From the NCBI GenBank assembly GCA_030614005.1, contig JAUWKS010000058.1, positions 1 through 20,315 of the forward strand: DNA of 20,315 nt, given 5' to 3'. Origin of the DNA: Candidatus Heimdallarchaeota archaeon (GTDB taxonomy: Archaea > Asgardarchaeota > Heimdallarchaeia > JABLTI01). The position numbers were made by a program, and so were the translations under genes. Under the pieces are notes generated by a model. That model saw only the letters and a list, made by a program, of their open reading frames with translations, had not been told where the DNA came from and did not search any database. Positions 9,144-16,826 of this stretch are shown here, in pieces (the first letter of the stretch is position 1; each line of letters starts with the position of its first letter).

Positions 9144-11132
9144 CTAATGCTTGAAATCGAACTCCTCTAGTGATGAACCGAATCGTAGTCTAAAAGGAGC
9201 AAAATACTCCCCCGCTTCATTGACAATTTCCCTTAAAGAACTAGATATTGTTGTTAGTTGTTCCCTTGTGAGGGCATTCAATTTGTTCTCAGCTGCAATT
9301 GCCCATGGAGCATACTTCTTTCCCTCGAGAGTGATGATCGTGTCTTCTTTCCAAACGATGTCTTCCAACAGTCTGTTCATGCTAATAATATTATAATTCA
9401 ATGCTTTACTGATCGTTGTTTCTTGCTCTTTCCCATTTATAACCGACCGTATTTTCAATTCACTAATCTTTTGATAATTAGATTCCAACTCCTCATATGC
9501 TTGCGATTGTTCTTTGATATAAAACACAGGTATTCTTTTTCTCAATCTTTCCGAGAAAATCATCTCCGGTTTTATTCGCTCTTCTACTATCGTTCTCAAT
9601 GTTTCGGGTATTGTTCCTAGCTTTGGCCCCTCTTCATTGTCTAATTTCAACCCAATCTCTCCTCCATGGGTTTTTCTATGGCAGATTCCTTCCAGACCTT
9701 TCCAAGGGAACCCTTGCTCTATACACTTCTCTAAATACAAGTCAGAGATCATTCTAAATGAGCCATTAATGACTGTATTTCCATTGGAATAACTTTGAAA
9801 AAATCCCCAGGGTTTAAATGGATCATTTTCAAGATGTCTTGATCTCGAACGATTAGGAATTTCAAATCCTTGTTTTTCAATGATCTCTTTAATAACTGCC
9901 CACATGTAATTTGCTGCTTGCCCATCAATAGTATTCCAGATATTGCTAGTTAATAGCTGCTTGTCCTTCCTCATCTCCTGTATTTTAGTTATTAATTCTG
10001 TAGTTTTCTCTTGAGCTAAAAACAGCAATCTTTTGTTTGCAAGGTCGCTTATCTCATTAAGAACTGCTAGCCTATTCCAAAGCAATTCTATCGCATAATT
10101 AGTGCTCAATACACCAGTTTTTTGCAATAAACGCGTTGCGCCTATTTGTTGCTTTGTTGGTTTCGCGCTCACAGGTTGCTCTTTTGCCAAAATAATGGTC
10201 ATATCAGTATAATGAGCAGCTAGTTTTTCTTGTAAGATATTGAAATATTCATCTTTTCTTACGACCAAGTATTTTAATTGATTATAATAAGCAAAAAGAT
10301 TGAATGAAGTGAAAGCATTGGTTTCATCATGTAAATCATCTTCTTCATGAAAATCGTGAAGTGAGAGTCCATAATTTACACTTGAATAACCTCTATCTGG
10401 ATCTTCTCCAGTAAACAATCTATAATTCCTTGAGTATTCTCTAAATTTCTCTTTGGAAGCTTTCACATAATATTTCTCTTCTGTTTGATCAAAAAAAAGT
10501 TTGTAAAAAGAACCGCAATAATAGCAAGATGTTAATGAACTGCCTATTAATGGCAATACTCCCCACCCAAACTGAGGTATTGGTTTTTTGCAGAAATAAC
10601 ATCTGTAGGCTTTAAGAGGAACTTGAGGACTATGCAAGTAATTGTCATTCACATCATTCTCTTTCCACCACATAATTGAATCGTAGATTTCTTCTGCAAA
10701 TTCTTGAATGGAATGAAATGTTCTGATTGGGTTTTTTGTTCGAGGAATTCTCCATTTACAAGCAGTTAGTTGTGGATGTATTTTTTTCATCAACCGTTGT
10801 TCATCAACTTTATAGCCTTTCATTGCAAGATCCTGATAGAACGTGCAACTGCTGTTGAACCTGTTCCAATTCTCACAATTTTTACAAATCCATTCTAGAT
10901 AGTCTGGCCAAGACATATCATATGGGATATAGAATCTGATTTTTTTATTAAACCACATAAATAACCTCGATTTGACTTTCTTGCTTCTTCGAAGCTTCTC
11001 TAAAAAATCTGAAGTTGTACTTTCAGGCAGATTAATAATCTGAGCTATTTCCATTTTAGTTGCTGGAAAGAGGGTATTGATTCTTGAAGAAAACTGTTCA
11101 AGTAATACTGAATTTTCTTTGGTTAGATCCAA
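9144..11132 (-). CDS. cas1: Highly divergent Cas1-family integrase fused to an N-terminal wHTH and two Cys clusters
   Basis: Cas1 C-domain motifs in order: TIDGQAANYMW (cf. GIEG.AA..Y[FW]), NRSR, NTVINGSFRMI (cf. NALLNYGY.L), GFPWKGLEGICH (cf. GL.PYLGFLH), GLKLDNEE (cf. SLALDLMEE), and terminal YAPW/FAPFRLR (cf. Y.PF). Confidence 0.8.
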   Translation of the reverse strand: MDLTKENSVLLEQFSSRINTLFPATKMEIAQIINLPESTTSDFLEKLRRSKKVKSRLFMWFNKKIRFYIPYDMSWPDYLEWICKNCENWNRFNSSCTFYQDLAMKGYKVDEQRLMKKIHPQLTACKWRIPRTKNPIRTFHSIQEFAEEIYDSIMWWKENDVNDNYLHSPQVPLKAYRCYFCKKPIPQFGWGVLPLIGSSLTSCYYCGSFYKLFFDQTEEKYYVKASKEKFREYSRNYRLFTGEDPDRGYSSVNYGLSLHDFHEEDDLHDETNAFTSFNLFAYYNQLKYLVVRKDEYFNILQEKLAAHYTDMTIILAKEQPVSAKPTKQQIGATRLLQKTGVLSTNYAIELLWNRLAVLNEISDLANKRLLFLAQEKTTELITKIQEMRKDKQLLTSNIWNTIDGQAANYMWAVIKEIIEKQGFEIPNRSRSRHLENDPFKPWGFFQSYSNGNTVINGSFRMISDLYLEKCIEQGFPWKGLEGICHRKTHGGEIGLKLDNEEGPKLGTIPETLRTIVEERIKPEMIFSERLRKRIPVFYIKEQSQAYEELESNYQKISELKIRSVINGKEQETTISKALNYNIISMNRLLEDIVWKEDTIITLEGKKYAPWAIAAENKLNALTREQLTTISSSLREIVNEAGEYFAPFRLRFGSSLEEFDFKH

Positions 11133-11252
11133 AGGCTGAGCTAGTAGAGCTCGTTCTCTTATGAAAGTCAGAACATTGTATTAATTTTAGCTGAGAAAGC
11201 AACCATCTTTTCTTTTCTATTCTGAGACGAAACCAAATAATTATTCTCCATT

Positions 11253-11984
11253 TCATTTTTTGTTTAATTTTGCTTGAGTTATATATCGCTGTGAATGCAA
11301 ATTGAGGTTTATTCCAACTGATTGTACTTCTGGAATTACAGAAGTAATATTTTCTAGTGTTTCAGAAATTATTACCATGTAGTCAGAAGCATCTAAAAGA
11401 ACCAGAGCACTATTATCAGCTTGAATCAAATCGTCAAAGATTGCTTCAGCTATTTTTTTGGAAATCTCTTTTGCATTATTTAATAAGAATTGAGCATCAC
11501 TCTCTACCAATAAATGATCAATAATCGTCAATGCTTCTTTTTGTTTCTCTTCTTGAGTATTCTTTGATTTGAGAAGCTTAGTTTGAGAGAAATTTTTATT
11601 GGCCTCTTGAGTAAAACTCTTGCTTATCAGAAAAAGCAGATCAATAATATCATTATTTATAGTATTTATTTCAACGCTTGTTTTATTCTTTACCTTCTCA
11701 AGTGTGATAAAATTCAATGACTGTAATTCTTTAAGAGCTGGATTAATTGAATTAAGGTGAGTGTTTAGTTTCTCTGCTAACGCTTTCTGACTTTCTAAGA
11801 TTATCTTCTCACTTGATGTTAATTTCATCCATAAAAGATAGAGCAGTAGTGCTTGTGAAGTTTTGTTTATTCGCTTTACTGTGATTATCTTGTTGGTATT
11901 GTTTAATATATCTGCAAAAAGCCCAATTTTATCTTCTCTCTTTTGCCTATCAATGTTTTTCTGATTAGTAATTATTTTGCTCAC
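11253..11984 (-). CDS. Winged-helix-turn-helix protein (putative regulator) with helical C-terminal region
   Basis: 'SQKALAEKLNTHLNSINPALKELQSLNFITLEK' is a clear wHTH; GTG start; 243 aa. Confidence 0.75.
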   Translation of the reverse strand: MSKIITNQKNIDRQKREDKIGLFADILNNTNKIITVKRINKTSQALLLYLLWMKLTSSEKIILESQKALAEKLNTHLNSINPALKELQSLNFITLEKVKNKTSVEINTINNDIIDLLFLISKSFTQEANKNFSQTKLLKSKNTQEEKQKEALTIIDHLLVESDAQFLLNNAKEISKKIAEAIFDDLIQADNSALVLLDASDYMVIISETLENITSVIPEVQSVGINLNLHSQRYITQAKLNKK

Positions 11985-12034
11985 CTTATCTTTTGTGAAG
12001 TATCTGCAATAGTACTATCGATGACTTTTGCTTA

Positions 12035-12048
12035 TTAATAGCTAAAAA
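12035..12048 (-). promoter_or_regulatory. TTTTTAGCTATTAA (minus strand), right copy of the 14-bp inverted repeat
   Basis: Plus strand reads TTAATAGCTAAAAA; ends 50 nt before the GTG at 11984. Confidence 0.6.
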
Positions 12049-12515
12049 TTTGTCAAAATGCGAATTAGCACAAATGATATGATGAGTTAAAAGTTACTTG
12101 CTCGATAAGGAATATTGAACTTTCACAATTATTTTTTTTAGACAAAGACAATAAAGCCGTTCCTTTTTTAGTCAAATATTCCTTGTCCTAATTGTCAATA
12201 AAAAATCAATAGTTATTAACCTTAAATTGAGGTCATTTACAAGTGATGTTCCTTCTCCTTTTAGGAGGAATTTCTTCTGTTAATCGTTCAACAAATTCGA
12301 TGAATATCTCTTCTTTTTCTATTCTTCAAATGTTTTTTTCTTGCCTTAATTGTCTATAAAAAGAAACAACTCTTCTACTCTTTATTTGCTGTTTTAGATA
12401 TCCTAAAGATGAGTTTGAACCACATAGAACAACAAATTATTGCATACAAAACTACTTATAAGGAATTGTTGCAATGGAAAATCAGACTTATTCAAATATC
12501 TATTGAGGAATACGT

Positions 12516-13928
12516 ATGGCAGCTGTAGGAAAAATTAAACCCCAGCCAGCAAACAAAGGAGCAATCTTAGGATACTCCATAACATCACTAATATTTGTGG
12601 GTATAGGCGTTTTATGTTTCATCCTCTTACTAGGATTAACACCTGAAGGTTCAACTGAAACAGTTGGAGAAATAATTTCTCTCCTTCTTGATGACTTGAT
12701 GGTAATAATAGTAGGAACTGGAGCAACTATTGCACAATATTGGTGGGTTGTACTTCTTATTGTTGTAGGTTTAACAGCAATCGGATTTTTAGTTGGTTGG
12801 TTACTATTAGTTTTAGTGTCAAAATTTGGGCATATTATTGTTTATGCTGGATGTGCTTTTTACATCATAGGAGCAATTGTAATGATTCCGTTTAATCTAA
12901 CGGCTGCGATTGGACCGCTTATACTCGCTGGGGTGTTGATTCTTGGAATGATTACTAATTTCAGGAAGTTCAAACGAGCAGGCGAATTTATGAAATTTAC
13001 CGGTAGAGTTGTTCTTGCAGAAAAAGGTATGATTATAGCTCCACTTTTTGTGACTTTAGTATCTATTATTAACTTAATAACAATGGGTGCAATATTTGCA
13101 TTTTTAGTACTGTCTTTCCAAGAGTCAACAGCATGGTTAGGATATTTATTAGGATCTTTAGCTTCATTTCTGCAATTAGTTATTTACTATGGTATGTTTT
13201 ATGTTGCAGAAGCAATTAACACAACCTATGCTTATGAGTGGTATCGTAAAAGAGATCCTGATATGAAATTCTGTGTGAAAAATGTTGCAGGAGTTTTTGG
13301 ACCCATCTTAACATTTGGAATAGTCACTGCATTAGTGTCTTGGATTCAACAAATGCTCAGGAATTCTGCTGCAAGAACAAGTAAACAAGGTAATGTTGCA
13401 GGTGTTATATTTGCAATTTTGGCTCGGATGGTTGCTAGCCTTATGGGAATTATCTTCAAATATCTTACTTACTTTACACTTCCAGCAATAGCTGTCGAAG
13501 GTAGAAAATTCAAAGATGGTGTAACGAGAAGCTTTGCTTTGTTGAAAAAATACTATATGGATGTTCTTATTCGTGAAACTGGTGTAGCCAGAGGAATGTC
13601 TTTCATACAAGTAATTGCCTTTTTCATCTATGGTGTAATTGGAGCTATCATTGGGCTGATCCTCAAAGGTGCTTTAGGTACTGATATCACTTGGACAGTG
13701 GCAATGCTGGTTACAATTCTTCCAATGTTGATATTTGGTAATGTTCCAACATTCTTTATCTTTAGACCAATGAAGACAGCATATCTAACATTTATTTTCG
13801 CTTACGCTCAAGATGAAGAAACAAATCATAGATTACCATCCAGGATGCCCGCAGAATTACGTGGAGACATTAAGCAAGCAAGCAAAACACTTGATTCTAG
13901 CAAATCAATAGCAAAGCTTGGAATGTAG
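12516..13928 (+). CDS. Choline transporter-like (CTL/SLC44/Pns1-type) multi-TM protein
   Basis: About 10 TM segments. 'FGPILTFGIVTAL' (cf. FGSICFGSLIVA) and 'YLTYFTLPAIAVEGRKFKDGVTRSFALL' (cf. FN.YAY..IAIYG..F..AAK.AF.LL). GAGG SD present. Confidence 0.7.
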   Translation: MAAVGKIKPQPANKGAILGYSITSLIFVGIGVLCFILLLGLTPEGSTETVGEIISLLLDDLMVIIVGTGATIAQYWWVVLLIVVGLTAIGFLVGWLLLVLVSKFGHIIVYAGCAFYIIGAIVMIPFNLTAAIGPLILAGVLILGMITNFRKFKRAGEFMKFTGRVVLAEKGMIIAPLFVTLVSIINLITMGAIFAFLVLSFQESTAWLGYLLGSLASFLQLVIYYGMFYVAEAINTTYAYEWYRKRDPDMKFCVKNVAGVFGPILTFGIVTALVSWIQQMLRNSAARTSKQGNVAGVIFAILARMVASLMGIIFKYLTYFTLPAIAVEGRKFKDGVTRSFALLKKYYMDVLIRETGVARGMSFIQVIAFFIYGVIGAIIGLILKGALGTDITWTVAMLVTILPMLIFGNVPTFFIFRPMKTAYLTFIFAYAQDEETNHRLPSRMPAELRGDIKQASKTLDSSKSIAKLGM

Positions 13929-13942
13929 TAATTTGAATAATA

Positions 13943-13977
13943 GAGGTTGGTTCATCAACCTCAAACCCTTTCTTTTT
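13943..13977 (+). terminator. Hairpin plus T-tract downstream of the CTL-like gene
   Basis: GAGGTTG-gttcat-CAACCTC (13943-13962) followed by CCCTTTCTTTTTC. Confidence 0.55.
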
Positions 13978-14098
13978 CGGATTATTTTCTTACAAGTAGC
14001 GATTTTGAAAATAACCATAAAATTAAATGCAAGGAAAACTCACACATTAAAAAGAAAACTATCTAATATGGGTTATTCTTAATAAAGGAGATATTTGA

Positions 14099-15073
14099 AT
14101 GGCATACCACCGAAAAACGACTGCAAAACAAGTTGATTTGAAATTAGTTGATGTTTTTACTAAAGAACCATTTCAAGGCAATTCTCTTGTTGTAGTACTT
14201 TATGGGGAGGATTTATCATTAGAAGAAAAAACGTCTATTATTCGAGAGATGAATGCTACAAAAGGTGTTTTTATCGGTGATTCAAATGATGGTAAATCTG
14301 ATTTCAAAATAAATTCTTTTTCCAAACGTGGGAAAATTGATTGTGATTATCACAGCTTAATTGGTTCAGCTTTTGTAATGATCGCAGAAAAACAAGTTAC
14401 TTTGAAAGATGGGGGTACTAATGTACTAACAGTTCAAACTAGAGACGGTGTTTTTCCTTTACTTGTTCAGACAAAAGGACGCGAGCTACAACAATTGATG
14501 ATTATGCTTGACTGGAATGAAAAAGCAGAATTTCGTAGAATTGATTATGACAATACGATGATGGCAGAAGCACTAGGATTAGCTCCTGAAGATATTCGCA
14601 GAGATGTTCCTATTCAAGCCGTGAAAATGAACCGTTGGTCTGTAATGGTCCCGGTAACAAGTAAAGAAGCTCTCAATAGTGTTGTTAAGAATAGAAGTAA
14701 ATTGTTTAATCTTACTACAGAAAATAATGTTGAATTCATTTGTTTATTTTATACAAATGAATCACTACCAGACAATAAAATTTACACTCGAGTATTCCAC
14801 CCTAACGCAAATAGTAACGGTTTTGGAAATTACTTTGAGGATCTAATTACTGGTTTAAGTAATCCAGGCATAGCAGCGTATGTTTTTGAACAGAAATTAA
14901 TCCCTATTTCTGACTCCAAAATTACTTTTAATTTTAGTCAACAATCAAACGATGGTCGAATCGGTGAAATTATTGTTGAAATGGTTTCGGTTAATGATAC
15001 TATCAAAGAAATCTACATTGGTGGTAATGCTACTTGTGTATTAGATGGTAAAATGAAACTTACCCAATATTAA
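14099..15073 (+). CDS. PhzF/DapF-fold epimerase-like protein with degenerate active site
   Basis: VDVFTKEPFQGN, REMN, EDLITG and IYIGGNA match PhzF family landmarks; GGAG SD. Confidence 0.85.
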   Translation: MAYHRKTTAKQVDLKLVDVFTKEPFQGNSLVVVLYGEDLSLEEKTSIIREMNATKGVFIGDSNDGKSDFKINSFSKRGKIDCDYHSLIGSAFVMIAEKQVTLKDGGTNVLTVQTRDGVFPLLVQTKGRELQQLMIMLDWNEKAEFRRIDYDNTMMAEALGLAPEDIRRDVPIQAVKMNRWSVMVPVTSKEALNSVVKNRSKLFNLTTENNVEFICLFYTNESLPDNKIYTRVFHPNANSNGFGNYFEDLITGLSNPGIAAYVFEQKLIPISDSKITFNFSQQSNDGRIGEIIVEMVSVNDTIKEIYIGGNATCVLDGKMKLTQY

Positions 15074-15203
15074 AAATCATAATTTTCAAAAGTGAAAGTT
15101 ATTTATTGATATTAGTACACGTGTTATCAGCATCAACATTAATAAAAGTTCTAAAGTCTAAACTGGGTTTTTTTAAAAAGAATAGATACGAATAAGAAAG
15201 AAA

Positions 15204-15389
15204 TTATTTTCTCTTTCTTACAAGTACTGTTAATGAAAATACTGCCAATAAAGGTAAGAAGTAATAAAGTGGTGTTTTTGCTTTATTTTCAGCTATAGTT
15301 AAGATATAAAACGCTTCAGAATTATTTTCTATGGCTGAATTGCGGTTTGGTGAATCATCGACAGCTACTATATTACTACAATGATCTGT
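15204..15389 (-). pseudogene. 3' remnant of a membrane-anchored cell-surface protein gene (not in the ORF track)
   Basis: Start-less 61-codon frame: TDHCSNIVAVDDSPNRNSAIENNSEAFYILTIAENKAKTPLYYFLPLLAVFSLTVLVRKRK*. It ends in TP, a hydrophobic helix and a basic RKRK tail. Confidence 0.65.
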
Positions 15390-15478
15390 TTAAATTGTCA
15401 AAGAAAACTTGAGCGTTTTGTGTTCAAGTGATTAATTTGAATAGTTTTAATAATGAATTGTCTAATAACTGTTTGATG

Positions 15479-15495
15479 CCTCAATTAAATTGAGG
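15479..15495. promoter_or_regulatory. 17-bp palindrome CCTCAATT-A-AATTGAGG, candidate operator
   Basis: Perfect 8-bp arms, 24 nt before the likely TTG start at 15520. Confidence 0.45.
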
Positions 15496-15519
15496 TTTGT
15501 ACTTAGGAGAAGGATTGCT

Positions 15520-16818
15520 TTGGAAGGCAACGGTCTAGAAAATAGTTCCAAAAAATCAGAAGAGCAAGAGAAACTTGGATTCAAAGAACGAAGTAAAAGC
15601 TTTGGTCAAAGGTTTAAGAAAAGACTTCCCCGGTTCACTATAGTATCTCTTATCGGTTTTGGAATCAATACTTTAGCGGTGTTCTTGACAGAGATTATAA
15701 TGAATAAGTATTGGCCACATATGGCAAATCGGTCTATTTCTATTGGTGAAATAGATCTCTTTAGTTATTCGATTATTGGTTTTATTGCTCTTACTTTGGG
15801 TATTGGTGCTGCAACAACATCCAATTTCTTACTAAATAAATTCTGGACTTTCAAAGAAGCTAAGCAAGAAAACTTTTTCTTACAATTCTTAAAATATGGT
15901 TTAGTTGGCGGTTCCGGAGCTATTTTGAAATATTTTCTGACTTCAGGATTGAATAGTTTATTCAGTTTAGTTATAGCTCAAGAAAAATATTCACTCATCC
16001 CCTCAACTATGATAGCCTTTATTGTTACAGTATTATGGAATTTCCTTTGGAATGAAATTTGGACATTTTCCGTTTCTGAGAAAGCACCTGATGAACCAAT
16101 TATTGTTCCTCCTGACATGGATTTCAGCGATTTAACAATTATTTCTCCAACATTCAATGAAAATGAGAATGTCGGACAACTTATGGAAGCCCTTACCGAA
16201 AAATATGCAAACGTGAAATTGATTATTGCAGATGACGGTTCAAAAGATGGCACTCGAGAGCAAGTCCATAAGTTTAACACAATGAACCCAAATGTCTCTT
16301 TACTAGATAGAGAGTTAGAAGAAGTTCATGGTTTAACTATTAGTGTTATCGATGCTATCAAGAGTGTTCAAACACCCTACTATGTTGTTATGGATTGTGA
16401 CTTCCAACACCCTCCTGAAAAGGCTGGTGAAATTGCTATTAGACTACGTAAAGGATTCCATTTTGTTATTGGTGAACGAGATGAAATACCGGATTGGCCT
16501 TTCAAAAGAAGACTGATTTCTTGGGGTGCAAAAACAATTGGTAAATTTTCTCATTGGATCCACAGATCTGCTACTTGTACTGATGTTATGAGTGGACTTT
16601 TTGGCGGGGAAACTGAGTATTCAAAAATGATTATTGAAAATCATCCTAAAGGCTTCAGACCAAAAGGATACAAAATTATGTTTGAATTACTAAAACATTC
16701 TAAAAAGAAAGAAACTACTGTTGGTAGAGTTGGCTATGTTTTCAATCCCAGAGTACGTGGTGAATCTAAGATTTCATCCAAACATATCTTCGAGTTTCTA
16801 AAATCAGCGTTTCCCTAA
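15520..16818 (+). CDS. GtrA-like membrane domain fused N-terminally to a DPM1-like GT2 (polyprenol-phosphate glycosyltransferase). Likely start is TTG 15520; the ORF track starts at 15490.
   Basis: GtrA repeats 'NFLLNKFWTF' and 'NFLWNEIWTF'; GT2 motifs PTFNE, ADDGSKDGT, MDCDFQHPP, DVMSG, GYKI, RVRGESK; AGGAG at 15505. Confidence 0.88.
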   Translation: MEGNGLENSSKKSEEQEKLGFKERSKSFGQRFKKRLPRFTIVSLIGFGINTLAVFLTEIIMNKYWPHMANRSISIGEIDLFSYSIIGFIALTLGIGAATTSNFLLNKFWTFKEAKQENFFLQFLKYGLVGGSGAILKYFLTSGLNSLFSLVIAQEKYSLIPSTMIAFIVTVLWNFLWNEIWTFSVSEKAPDEPIIVPPDMDFSDLTIISPTFNENENVGQLMEALTEKYANVKLIIADDGSKDGTREQVHKFNTMNPNVSLLDRELEEVHGLTISVIDAIKSVQTPYYVVMDCDFQHPPEKAGEIAIRLRKGFHFVIGERDEIPDWPFKRRLISWGAKTIGKFSHWIHRSATCTDVMSGLFGGETEYSKMIIENHPKGFRPKGYKIMFELLKHSKKKETTVGRVGYVFNPRVRGESKISSKHIFEFLKSAFP

Positions 16819-16826
16819 AAAATAGT

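Noticed and set aside
7621-12048. Canonical casposon
   Set aside because: No family B DNA polymerase, no long TIRs and no visible target-site duplication; the HTH is N-terminal rather than C-terminal.
12409-12528. 39-aa ORF (MSLNHIEQQ...) overlapping the CTL-like start
   Set aside because: Short, no SD, spans the likely promoter and has no recognisable motif.
7304-13950. AATAGAGGTTGG at 7304-7315 and 13939-13950 as a target-site duplication
   Set aside because: Several 12-bp matches are expected by chance in 20 kb of AT-rich DNA. The second copy is part of a terminator hairpin, and no inverted repeats lie just inside the pair.
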